DNA of 64,000 bases, taken from positions 35,588,001 to 35,652,000 of the forward strand of contig CM060734.1 of NCBI GenBank assembly GCA_030704615.1, given 5' to 3'. How positions within the stretch are numbered: the stretch's first letter is position 1; every line of letters starts with the position of its first letter. The translations under genes and the position numbers were made by a program. Source of the DNA: Takakia lepidozioides. Its lineage: Eukaryota; Plantae; Bryophyta. Of the stretch, positions 48,292-61,200 are shown piece after piece. Under the pieces are notes generated by a model that had not been told where the DNA came from, ran no database searches, and saw only the letters and a program-made list of their open reading frames with translations.

Positions 48292-51200
48292 TCACTGGCT
48301 AGTCTTGAATTCTCTAGATTTTTGTACCCCCTGAAAGGAATACGGCCCCTCCCATGGACTTACCATAGCTCCCTGCTTTCCTGGTCGAATCATCATCACC
48401 AGAGCGTTATCAGGCAACTCCTCATACTGATGACTAGCTCCTTTCCTGCGTTCATAGCCTCGTGCTTGGCGTTGCTGACCCTTCTTGACATTGGATTTCA
48501 ATTTGTGCTTGAGCTCATGAAGGAATTGCACCTTCTTGCTCATCATTACAGCCATGGCCTCCGGTGAGTGACTATCCTCCACTGGCTTAGACAACTGCTT
48601 CAACTCATTGTCAATGCCTAACCTAGGCAACCTCCCAGTCAGAACCTGAAAAGGGGAGAAGTTGGTGGTGGCTTGTACCCCCATCCTGTATCCCATCAAG
48701 GCCTTATACAAATGTTTGTCCCACTCAGCAGAGTTGCTGGTTCCTAGGGTAGTTATGCTGATTTTCAGCGATTTGATCACCCTTTCAACCATCCCATTGC
48801 ACTGAGGCCAGTAGGGCGCACTATGCTGCCTCCTGATCCCATACATAGTGCACACATCGTCAAATTCCCCTTTCCATTCTGTACCTTTATCAGTTAATAT
48901 GAAGCGAGGACAGCCATACCTACTAATGATTTCTTCCTCGAGAAACCGTGCAGTCAAATGGGAGGAGTGATCAACCATTGGCATAGCTTCCAGCCATTTC
49001 GAATAATGGTCAATTGCCACCAAAATGTATTTGTTGCCCTGCTCAGTGACTGGCAGGGGACTTGCAGTATCAAATGCAACCCTATAGAAAAGGTCAACCA
49101 CCGGAATACTGTTCAATCTGGATGAACCAGACCGCATGACCCCTTTATCTTTAGTGCTCTGGCACTGTGGGTAGCATAGAATCACACTACGTATCAGCTC
49201 CGTCCTGTTATGCCAAAAGTACCGACGACACACTTCCTCTTGTGTTCATCTGATCCCAAAATGTCCAGTGTCAGAGTGAATCCTCATGACCAATGAGTGT
49301 CTGTCATTTTTAGGTGGCACTAGCTTCCCATCAAAGAACACATCACCTTTCAAAAATGAGTACTGCTTTGCCCACTTCACAACCCTCCTTCTTTCTTCCT
49401 TCTCAAGATAGTCATTTGGCTCACCAAAGGTTAGGATATGCATAGTCTCAATGTCATCCAGGATGTCTGGTTGGGACTCCTCCTTATACCATCTTGTGGC
49501 AAATGCAGTAGCTGTTGGTTCACCCTCATCTTCCCATTGTTCAGCTGCTAGAATCAGGGCCTCTTGTTCCTTTTTGGTTGGAGTCGACCATAGCTTTTCA
49601 GACATTTGCCTTTCCTGCACACACAGTGGGTCATCTCCAGCCTGGTGCCCTCTGCTCAGTTGGCAGTCATGGCAGGTTTTCACCCTTTTTTCGAGTGACG
49701 CAAGTGATGCTCCAGGTCTGGCCTCACTGCTCTCATCATTCTCCGTGTCATCCTCTCTTTTCATGCCATGTTCCAACAGATCGGTCAGGCTATGCCACCC
49801 CCTTTTTGTCTCCTCAGTAGAGGCATATTCAAACTTCACACCATCAGTTGCTGAGTTTGAGGTGCTGGAATGGTCAGTGGCATTCTCTTGCCTCCGTTGC
49901 CGAGATCTCCTCCTGGTTTGCACCATGTTGATGGTGGGCAAATCACAATCCACTTGGTTGACTCCCTTGTGTGCGAGCTGCTTCATGCCCTGCAAATTTC
50001 CTATTGACATGCTTTCTTGGCCTTGCTTGATATCCATCATCTCGCAATCTCTGGTTATGCGTTCACAATCTATCCGATCATGCTCATTGTGAATAGTAAC
50101 ACCTGCAACAACATTAACTCTCTTGTCTTCATAGGCTGTATTGCCCACATGGGTGCTTTGCCCCTTTGTGGTAGATTGCATAGACATTCGACACACTATG
50201 AGAGCTAGGGAGAGGTCTTGATCGCACTCCTCTTTTCTGATTGCTCCCAAGGCTGCAATGCTTTGCTTCAGAGTTGCAATCACCATTTCAACCATTTTTT
50301 TGTACTGCATCCAATTTGGCACAAGGTGTTCATGTCTAATTCCAAACTTTTCACATGACTTGTCAAAGTCACCTCCCCACTCTGCCTTGTCGTCTGAAAA
50401 TATTGTTCTCGGGCATCCATATCGGATGATGATTTGGTCTTCCACAAAGCGAGCAACAAAATTTGATGTGCACTCTGCTAGTGGCCTGGCCTCCAGCCTC
50501 TCAGAGTGTGGGTCAACGGCCACCAATACAAAGTTGTTCCCACTTTTAGTCACTGGAAATGGACCTGCAGTGCCAACAGCCATACAATGGAATAAGTTCG
50601 TAACATGAATGTCATGAAGTAGAGGAAAGTCTGAATGAACCAGACCCACTGCACTCTGACACTCTGGTTGCATCACGCAAGATGTATCTCGAGATCCGCT
50701 GCTTGACCCTGCAGCCATAAGTTCATGTCCAATTGTGTGCCCATAGGGTAGTTCTGCACCTCCCTCCTCCTCTGGACTGAGCAATTTCTCAGCTATTTGC
50801 TTTCCTTTCCTTGTTTGAACAACATTGATGTTGGGCATCATGCTCTCCTCCACCCCTTCGTAGGGTTGATTCACTGCAATGGGCTTTAGCAAGCTCAAAC
50901 ACTCCCTCCCAATGTCAATTCTTTCACACATTTTGGTCACGTCTGCATAATGTGGCTGATGATGTTCACCCTGAATCCTAATGCCTACAGTAAAACTCTC
51001 TCTCTTGCTCTCAAAGGATGGGTTGCCCTCAGGGGCACCCTGCTTCCTCCATGCGGTGTGCTGTCCTACAAGGTCAAAGTGAAAACCCTCAAGACCATCT
51101 GTGCCCGTGTGATGTCCGGGCAACAGCCAGTAATAAGCATCAAGTTCAGTCTGAATGAGAAAGTACACCCCTCTAAGGTACTCTTTGAACTGCCACAATG

Positions 51201-52527
51201 CCCATACACAAACATAGTACTCCTGCCTCTTGTGTTCCATGCTCCCCTTAATTATGCCCTGGGATACTCTTTTAGTGACCTGACATAGACATACTTCCTC
51301 CCCTTGTTCAGACCAGAAAAGCAGTGCTTGAGCAAGACCCTCACTGTTGATGATGACCAGAATATATATGCCCTCACACTTCTCTTCTTCTCTCGGTACC
51401 TCTGATGGGAATGCAACATTCACTTCCAACTCTTCAGATTCAGCAGCTGGCCCAACTGGAAATCTGCTTAAGGCATCCACAATAGAATGTTTGGAACCAG
51501 CCCTGTGAATTATTTTGAAATCAAAGTCTTGTAACATCATGATCCATCTCCGCCTGTCGTAAGCGTCACTAACAGTGGCAAGCCACTCAAGCGGCTTGTG
51601 ATCAGTACGAATAACAAAAGGGGTGCCATACAAATACTGCCGAAAATGAATGACTCCCCACACTAGGGCATAGCACTCACCTTCCATTGGATGATACTTT
51701 TGCTGTGCCGCCGAGAGAACTTTACTGGCATATGCAATCACCACCTCCCTGCGATTGTACTTCTGAGACAGCACTGCCCCTATACCCTTTTTGGACCAAT
51801 CCACATCTAGGATAAAGGGCTTAGAGAAATCAGGTTTGGCAAGAATAGGGGCTGTCATCAACCTCAGACGCAAGGCTTCAAAGGCATTTTGAGCTTCAAC
51901 ACTCCACTTAAACACGACATCCTTCCTCGTGAGATCAAAGAGAGGCACACAAATTATAGCAAAGCCCTTGACATAGATGCGGTAGTACCCACACATGCCC
52001 ACAAAGACCTTAACTCCTGTGGGATTCTTGGGAATCGGAAAGTGCTGGATCGCAGCCACCTTACTAGGGTTTGGTTTTACCCCCAAAGCAGAGACCACAT
52101 GCCCCAAGAACACCAAGTCCTTACTCCCAAAGCTACACTTGTCAGGATTAAGCTTCAGGTTAGCCTCAGTTAGCCTATAAAAGATCTTTTCCAAATGTTG
52201 CAAATGCGCTTCCCAGCTCTCACTGTGCACATTTACATCATCCACAAATACTTTAGCACATTCCTTTATCTCCTCATAGAGTATAGTGTTCATAGCTCTT
52301 TGAAAAGTGGTCGTGGCATTCTTGAGCCCAAAGGGCATCACAAGCCATTCATACAGACCTCTCTTGGTGATAATGGCTGTTTTCTTGACATCATCAGGAT
52401 CCATCTTGATCTGCCAAAACCCACTCTGCAGATCAAGAGCGGAGAACCACTCTGCTCTGCCCAACTGGTTTAACACGTCTTGGATGAGGGGCATGGGATA
52501 AGAGTCTCTTCTAGTGAGAAGGTTCAA
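48292..52527 (-). pseudogene. pol: pol of Gypsy 2: RT, RNase H, degenerate duplicated integrase core, then a second integrase
   Basis: LDLQSGFWQ..MPFGLKNA..FVDD; DVDWS..TDH; first core AVGTAGP..IFSD..MVE; second H..GH zinc region and AFDTASP..LTD..MVER; stop at ~49246. Confidence 0.93.
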
Positions 52528-55060
52528 GGGGCGGTAATCCCCACAAGAAGAATCATGGAGGATGCCATTCCCTTGGGACCTTCCTCAGAGATCAGCTCCG
52601 CCAAGCCTTGATCACTAAGCACCTCCTCATGTTCTTCCATTGTTTTGATGGCCTCCCACACTTCAGCCTCTTGGTCATGCATCTCCACCTCTTCAGGTAC
52701 GTCTTCCCCAGAGGCACTATGCCAATCCTCAATATCTGATTCAACAGCCTCTTCCCCTTCGTCATTGCTTTCATCTTCTTCAAAGGGTTCAAGCAATTGT
52801 GCTGCAGTTGTGACAGTCATTATCCCTTCATGCATGTAGCCTTTCCATCTGCATAAGTTAGATACTGCAGCAGTATTTCCCTCCATGTTCTCTTCCTCAT
52901 GGCTGATCTGGTTAATGGTGTGTAGAGGAAAGTGTGCTACTGCCTTCCCCGGACCATAGCGTATCCTCATGGTCTCTGTTTCTGTGTCAACAATTGCACC
53001 AAATTTCTTCAGGAAATCCAAACCAAGTAACATGTGGTAGGTATCCGTGTCAACCACCATGAAGGAGAGCCGGTTTGTTAATTCCCCTACAGTCACCTTC
53101 AAATCTTCAAGCTTTCCCATGGCTGTTTCTACAACTCCAGAAGCAACATGATATGTGACATCTTTGTCACTTAAAACTGACCCCATGAGCCTAGGTCGCG
53201 CACAGTGCTGGCAGATATCACTGTGAGCATGACACCTGTGTCTACCTGTCCAAGTACTTGATGCTCTCCTATGGTCACCATGGCGTGTAGTGGCCTTACT
53301 CTTCCAGTGTAGGCATAAGAGATATCAGAACTGACCCCTTTCTGCAAGTTGGCCTTGGTAACAGATCTGACCTGCTTAATTCCTGCACGGCCCTTGGCTG
53401 GAATCACAACGTTATTGGTCTCCTTTTGTTGGTGCATGGCCCTTTCCACCACTCTGACTAAGCCCTTCAACTTTTCCAACTCCCCGGGCACTGTCATTAT
53501 GAGATCCATTGGAGAAAGGGAGATTCTTCCTTTGTAAAAGTGACTGAGTATTCGGGACTTGGTGCCCAGGTGCCTCCACTCCTCTCAGTATGCGTGGGGC
53601 AGATCCTTCAGGTATGGCTCCAGTAGTGCCTTCACTCTCTTCCTGTGCAGATTCAGAAACCCTTCCAGGATTGACATGAGCTGGCAGCGGCATAGGTGTT
53701 CGGTTTCTGGGCAATCTGACCTCATTCACATCATTCTCCCTCATCAAGGCAGTCATTTATGCCAGAACTGCGTCTTCATCCTCACAATAGACTTCCACAA
53801 AGTGAGTTCCAGGAGTACCTGTACCTTCTTGCTCCATCTTTCGTTTGCATGTACTCTCAGTGTGCCCCAACATTTCGCAGAAAGAGCATCTAACTCCACA
53901 CATCTCTGTCCGGTGGTTAGGCCTATGGCATTTTCCACAAGTGATCTACGCCCTCCCCGTAGGACATGTGACCGCTATGTGTCCCTTTTGACCGCAATTG
54001 TTGCAGGTTCGCACATCTTGAGTACTCATCATTCTACTCGATGAGGCTTCTCCAACTACAGGTCCCTTGGCAAAGTACCTCTGCAATGTGCTCGTGAGGT
54101 CATCAAGTCTTCTGTCCAAAGGGTTGATGTGAAAGGCGTCTTGCAGCTCTTCACCATCCAGAGGTTCAAGTGGAGTTTCACCCAACTTTCCAAGACCTCT
54201 TTCTATTTCTATTGCCGTTTCCAGTGCCTCCTCTATGTCATGAAATCGCCTGCCTAACATGGCCCTCATGATTTCTGGCCTTAGCCTTCCTACAAAGCGT
54301 CGGCGCTGCTCAAGATCGGGAATTCCCCCTTTCAGAAACAGACAACTCAGCTTGTCAAAGTAGGCTTGAACCCTCTGCCTATTTTCCTACTTGATCGCAT
54401 CTAGCCTCATTTTTATTTCTGCCATGTCTACAGTACCAAACTTGGTTGTGATAGCAGCTTGAAAGTCAGGCCAGTTGTCTAGCCATGGATTCTGCTTTCG
54501 AAACCACTCGTCAGCTTTAGACCTAAGGTTCAATCTAGCTACTTCAAACATCTTATCGGGTGTCAGGTCTTGGACATCTCCAAACATTTGTATTCTGTCT
54601 ATCCAATCATGCACGTCCTCATTTTCTCTACCAAAGAAGGGAGCATCAACACCAGCAGGGCTGGTCATGATTATCCTTCTTATAAGATTTAGGCAACTTC
54701 TTCATACCTCAATAGTGCAGATTTCAGCAAGCAGCAACAGTGACAGCCCTAATTTTGCCCCCTGTACCATTCCCACTGCCCATTTCTAAGCATCTCAACC
54801 CTTCCACCCCAAGTCATCTCCCTCGCCATGGTATTTATCTTTTCCCATCTCCCTGTTTCTCTCACCCAAAGTGCAATGGTACTTCTGCCCCCGGCATGGA
54901 TGACTCTTAGGCATAGATCACCATCATACAATCTCCACGAAGGATTGAAGAAGTAGAGCCTAGGTTCAGAATGCACATTTCCAGCACGCTGCCTAAAACA
55001 GATCAAGACGTCTCCAATGGCTGGTTCGTCTGGGATCAGGGTATGATCACGTCCAGCCAT
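52524..55060 (-). pseudogene. gag: gag and protease of Gypsy 2, fragmented
   Basis: FFGRENEDVHDW..KADEWF; CNNCGQKGHIAVTC; QVDTG..LLGLDFL; several stops and frameshifts. Confidence 0.85.
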
Positions 55061-55144
55061 AGAGAAACATCACACACAGAGCAAACACACACACAGCCTC
55101 AAACAAAAATAGTGAAGTCCTCAAGACGACAAGCTCTGATACCA

Positions 55145-56237
55145 AAAGAGGGCCCCTATCTTTACCCTAACTATCTATACTGCACAGTCAGAGTTGTAAC
55201 CAAATTACACACCACAACCGCCGCAGTGGAAGAGAAAACAGTCATGGCGCGCTCCCGTTGATCTCATGAAGAGTGGTGATTGCATGTGCTCATGTGATTC
55301 TCTGTGTACACAACTAATCATCCACAGCGTGAGTATGCCCGTGAGGGTCACCAAGTACCAGCATTTGTTATGGCCGCAGCACCTTTGAATTTGTTTGATC
55401 AAACTGTGCAGTAGCTTACCCGGCCCCTCTCCTTCTCTTATCTTTTCTCCTCACTCTTATGTTCTTTCTGAGAACCATCACAGGGCTGGTTCACATTCAC
55501 TGTTTAGCCATGCAGCCTAAGTGGCCTTATCATCTCTGGAGTTGATCTTATTTGTGCACTCAAGCTCACCATCTATTCTGTTTTCTCTCAGCTCACTCTG
55601 CAGAGAAGAGATGATACTGACAGCCACCCACTAGCTACCTATGGAGTCATCACGAGCTCTTGAACATTCTCCCACCATCACTAACTTTCTGGCTTCACCG
55701 TTCCCCTTTTCTTGGACTATCTCTTATCCCCAAATTGCAAATTCCATGGACATGAATGGATATAGAACTACTCAAGTTGATTGTGGTTTGTGCAATCTAA
55801 TGTGCAGGGCAGGGTATAATTACACTTGACAGAAATCTGGTCATTTCCTTCTGTTACAACCTCATCTCTTAAGACCTACTTAATTTCACTCAGGCAGCGG
55901 GCTCTCCAGAACGTATCCATAATCAGGCACCAAAATGCTTCAACCTTCAGCCAACTCCCTCCGTCTCACTCTCCGTTCGCAATACTTCAACAGCCAAATC
56001 ATCACCTCACCCAGGACAGTAGGTCATCCCACTACAACTTCATGCTTTCAGTCCCAACACTGCACAAATTTGATGAATCCAACATTTCCTCCCCTTCTTG
56101 CCTCTCTTACTCTACCTTGTTCCAGACTGTAGATTCCATGGACCTGACAGGGCAGCACCACTCCAGTCTGTAATGTCACTCACCTAACCGTATACAGGGT
56201 ACAACGAAAATCTAACATTCCATATCTTCCCACTACA
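55145..56237 (-). repeat. 5' LTR of Gypsy 2 (uninterrupted)
   Basis: Abuts the PBS; provides the MULE empty site. Confidence 0.9.
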
Positions 56238-57174
56238 GTTGGCCCTGCCTTGCTAATGCAGGACTATGCAATGGGTTTCAACTGCTTTAGCACCGATACT
56301 TTCGATTAGACTTCCAATTCGATCGAGACACTTGTCAAGAGAATATTCCGTCTTTTAATGAATGACATCCGTTCAATTTCTTGTGCACGCCATAAATGAA
56401 AGTCCATTGGATATTACCGTGCGTGCCATCTGGGTGATTCAGGGCTCAAATCCTGTTACCTTGATATTTAGACTAATTATGTGATCTTCTAGATTTTTAC
56501 TACCTATTCATAATTATTATACGGCAGGGCTTGCATGAATTCCATGCATTTATTTTTTCGCTGAGTAGGTAGAATACCTACAAGGTTATTTTCTCCTCTC
56601 ACTAAGCTTATGATTAAGGGGCCTGATTTGTGAGGTGTCGCTCCCATGTATTCCCTATTTAAAAGAACAAAATAATAATGGCAAGACTACGCTTACAGTG
56701 TGGAGTTCCTGATTCCATGGCGGTGCATATGCTCTCCTGTCAGTCCCTTGGATGAAAAGCATGGGGTTGTTGGACAGTGATGATAACAGGGACTATCTTT
56801 GGTTATGTGATTGTCCTATGTTAACAGTCACGAGATAAGCACTGGAAACTGAGCTGGCGGATGTGAGGTCTTGTAATCTGCATGTCCAATAAGAGTGCTG
56901 CATCTGGATCTCCAGATTAGCCTCTCCCGATTATTTAAATGAAGAGATCATCAGGCTTAGGCAGGATGTTTTTGGTGTACAAACTGGTGCAGTGGATTTG
57001 TGAAGGACGCTGGATGAAACTGTGTTGATGCTTTGTTGCGTGCAACGATTGGCTTAGATTGTATGTGTGCTCTGCAAAAAATCCTTTCCTGTCAGCTTGG
57101 CAAAGTTCTATAGCTTACAATCCCTTGTGCATGACTTATTCCGCAGAGGACGAGAGCATATCCTGCCGCATTGC

Positions 57175-57430
57175 ACAGGGTGAGTAGGGGAGCGGGGTCG
57201 GGAACCGGGAGCGAGATCAGGAACAGGGGAGTGAGGTCGGGAACGGGGAAGGAGGGGAGCGAGGACCGGGAACAGGGGAGCGAGCCGCGTTCCATAAGGC
57301 GAGGTGGGGAACGGGGACCAAGAACAGGGGGGCGAGGACAAGGGACATGGATAGGGGAGTGGGACAGGGATAGGGGAGCGGGACTGGGGACAAGGAGGGA
57401 ACAGAGGGAACAGAGGGAACAGGGGAGCGT
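57175..57430 (+). repeat. Purine-rich GGGA(A)CAG-type low-complexity repeat
   Basis: Repeated GGGAAC/GGGGAGCG/GGGACA units with strong strand asymmetry. Confidence 0.7.
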
Positions 57431-57487
57431 AGCGACAATCTTGGACTTAGGAAGATGAAAAAATATGCTAATCAAACTCATGTGCAA

Positions 57488-58216
57488 TGTCGCGGCCCTT
57501 TGCCTTGAGGGCAGGGGGTCGGGACACAAGAGGGGCTGCCCCTGTGGTGGGGGCAGTGGCAGCGATAGGTATGGGGGGGGGCTGAAGCACCCTTGAGTGC
57601 CCAAGGCACTCAAAGAGGCGGAGGCGCTCACTAGGTGAAGCCCCACACACCGGGTTGCGGTGGGGGTGGCTCCACAAGGGGTGGTGGTAGCTTAGCGGGA
57701 CTTAGTGGGGGTGGCATAGGACTCACCCTGGGGCGGAGACCTCGTGGTGGGAGTCGTGGGGAGTCTTGGGACTCATCACGGTCCATAGGGGCCGTGGTGG
57801 GTGGGCCAAGACTCACCGCGACTCATCACCGGGAGTCGAGGGTGTTCGTGGTGGTTCGCCATAAAATGGCATGGTTGTTTGTGAAACCCCCGCGGACAGC
57901 TACAGAAGTATATATAGGGAGTAGTAACCCCGAGAACGGTGCAAGCCCGTTGGTGACCAAAAACTAGTGAGTAAGCGAGCGAGCCGGAAAGCGACCAAAG
58001 AGTGGGGAGCTGTTCCGGACTGCCAACTACCAAAGGGAATTCCGCTGGTTCCGAATCGTTGGAGGGTTCTTTGGGAGATCAAAGGGGGGACCGTTATGCC
58101 CCGGTGAGCAGCCGAAGCTCCAAGTTGGCCCGGCGGCCAGGTTGGGAGTTAGGCGCGCGCATCAAGCGAGTAACTATGACTTCAGGGGGGAGCTTACCGA
58201 AGTGAGGTGCGCGACA
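57488..58216 (+). repeat. 5' LTR of Gypsy 3
   Basis: Terminal inverted repeat; repeated from 63484. Confidence 0.93.
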
Positions 58217-58271
58217 CTTGGTATCAGAGCTTAGAGTTCAGTACGCGATCGTCCTTGGGATTGGCCTCATC

Positions 58272-61200
58272 ATGGGGTCGGGCAAGCCAAAGCGAAAGCG
58301 GAACGGCCCAAAAGATGATGATCCTGGTGAGCCCGATGGGGGCGACGTGTCACCGAGGCGGCCGTTTGAGGAAGTGATGCATGTTTCCGAAAACGAGGCT
58401 GCTCAAGAGCGGGAGGAATCTGAGGAATCGGAGCCTGAGGAATCCCTGAGAGCTCCGACCGACCAACAGATGCCTCCCATGTCGGCAGCCTTTTGGGAAG
58501 GGTTGTTGGCGCAATTTGGCGGGACGTTGAAAGACGTGTTGAAGGCGGCTAATGCCACTTCCACTAAGGCAAAGTTTAAGGTGAAGCTTAAGGAACCCGG
58601 CACCTTCGAGGGCGTCCGAAATCGGAAGGCACTCAACGCCTGGCTCTTGGAGCTAGAGCAGTACTTCCGGGCGGCCAAGTTGAGTGACGAGGATCGGGTG
58701 GAAGTGGCTCCCACCTATTTGAGGGGCTATGCTCAACAATGGTGGCAGAAACGCCTTCATGACCGAGGTCCAAGCCCGGAAACCTTGAACTGGAGTAGGT
58801 TCAAGGAATTGATGAAGAGGCAGTTTGTGCCCCTCAATGCGTCCTGGCTCGCCCGGGACAAGATGTGGAATTCACAGATGACATTCGGGGATATGTCCAG
58901 GCTTTCAATGTGCTGTTGCTCGAAGTCACGGACATGGCAGAACCAGAAATGGTCTTCAACTTTGTGGCGGGACTGGCCCCATGGGCCAGGCGGAAGTTGG
59001 AGGAGAAGCCACCTAAGACTTTGAACGAGGCAATTGAGAGGGCTGAATGTTTCTCGGATGTCCCTAAGGGTGAAAGACAAGGCCGTACGGAGCTGAACCA
59101 CAAGAAGACCCGGCGGGAAGGTGACTCCTTCCGACCGGAAAAGAAGTGGGATAGGCCACGCGGCGACAATGGCACGTGGATATCGAAGGGAGGGCCTTCA
59201 CAAGTCAAGGCGGCACCCGGTGCTCCGAAAGGAAAAGCGGGTGGAGCGGCCTATGGCGGACAGAAGGCGACCTTTGATGGAGTGTGTTTCAATTGCGGGG
59301 AGCCCGGGCACATGGCCAAGAAGTGCACGAAGCCCCGACAATTGAACATGACTCGGGCGACCACAGAGCTGTCGGAAGATACCATCAGTCGTTTGGTGGA
59401 AGCGGTGGTCGTCAGGACTTGCAAGGTAGGCAAATTTTCTTGTGAGTTGTATCAGGAAATTGGCGCCTTACGTAAAGGGAATCAGTTATTGTTCGTGGAT
59501 GGGATAATATCCGTAACTAACGTGTCGTTGTTGGTGGACACAGGAGCGTCGCACTCCTTCATGACACCGGCAACGGCACAAAAGCTGGGACTCCCGACAA
59601 GTGACGTGGGGGCCTCTATTGAGGTGCGTTCTGCCAAAGGAGAACCGCAATTGGCGACAAGGTTGGCGTTTGATGTTTCTCTTCAACTGGGGAGTTGGGA
59701 GGGACGTGAGAACTTCACCATCTACGAGATTGATGGAGTAGATCTCATTTTGGGGATGACCTTTTTTAGCAAATCCGGAGCGGTCATAGATGGCCGCAAG
59801 AGAGTAGTCACGCTGCCATGTGGGAATGGTGGCGAGGTCTTACGAGTGTCGGAAACGCCCAAACCCGTGGGAGGGTGAATAAACCTTCTGTCAGCAAGGG
59901 AGTGGGCCGTGGAGGAGGCACACGAGCCCCAATTTTTGCTCTGCATTAGAGAAGTGAAGGGAGAAGGCGATGGGGAGCCGAGCCCAGATTGGATCAAGGG
60001 GATTTTGGAGAAATACCAGGATGTGATGCCGGAGGATTTACCAAGCGGCTTGCCACCGCGAAGAGGAGTTGACCACAAGATTGAGGTGATACCGGGATCG
60101 GAACCGCCTGCCAAGGCGCCCTACCGGTTGAGCCACAGAGAGTTGGTCGAGCTGAAGACTCAGCTCAAAGATCTAATGTCAAAGGGGTACATCCGGCCGA
60201 GTAAGTCACCTTAAGGAGCCCCGGTACTATTCGCAGACAAGAAGGATGGGACGCTGCGGATGTGTGTCGATTACAGGGCTTTGAATAAGGTGACTATAAA
60301 AAACCAGTACCCTTTGCCAAGGATCGACGACCTTTTTGATCGGTTGGCAGGAGCGAAGTATTTCAGCTGGATCGATCTGCGCTCCGGCTATCATCAAATT
60401 CGAGTGGCGGAAGGAGATGAGGAGAAGACCGCGTGCAGGACAAGGTATGGTTCATATGAGTTCTTGGTGATGCCTTTTGGACTCACCAACGCTCCCGCGA
60501 CCTTTAGCACGCTGATGAACAGCCTTTTCCAGGAGTGGTTGGATGACTTTGTGATCGTGTACATCGACGACATCTTGGTGTATTCGAAAACAAAGGAGGA
60601 GCACCTGGAGTACCTCAAAAGGGTGTTCCAAAAATTGTGGGAAGGGAAGTTGTATGCCGAAGCTTCAAAGTGCAAATTCGGGGTCACAAAAGTGGAGTTC
60701 CTGGGGCATGTGATTACACAGGATGGGATCATAATGGATGACAGGAAGGTGAGGGCAATCTTGGACTGGGAGCCTCCGACTTCGGTTCCAGGAGTGCGAT
60801 CCTTCCTAGGACTCGCCTCCTATTACCGGAAGTATGTGAGAAATTTCGCCAAGATCGCGGGGCCGCTGTTAGACCTTCTATGTAAATCCAAAGTCTGGGC
60901 ATGGAACACCTTTTGTGGCCAAGCTTTTGCTGAATTGAAGCAGCGGATGGCGGAAGCTCCAGTCTTGAAAATCTCGGAGTTCGATCGTCCGTTCGAGATT
61001 CATACAGATGCGTCGGACTTCGCGATTGGGGGTGTACTGATGCAAGATGGACGTCCAGTGGCTTACGAAAGTAAGAAACTGAATGAAGTGGAGCGACGGT
61101 GGCCGACGCACGAGAAAAAAATGAAGGCGGTGGTGCACTGTCTTGAGCTTTGGCGCCACTATGTTGGTTCCAACCCAGTGAAGGTGTTCACGGACAATGT

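Larger units (their letters stand above)
36675..56237 (-). mobile_element. Non-chromovirus Ty3/Gypsy retrotransposon (Phygy/Selgy-like by inference); 3' LTR split by a MULE
   Basis: ~1.08-kb direct repeats (55145-56223 versus 36685-37634 + 47307-47428, ~96-97% identical by eye); PBS TGGTATCAGAGCTT rc 55131-55144; outer termini TGTAGTG..CACTACA; 4-bp TSD GTTG. Confidence 0.9.

Noticed and set aside
57092-57646. 184-aa Pro/Ser-rich ORF
   Set aside because: By-product of the pyrimidine-rich strand of a simple repeat, and it crosses an LTR boundary.
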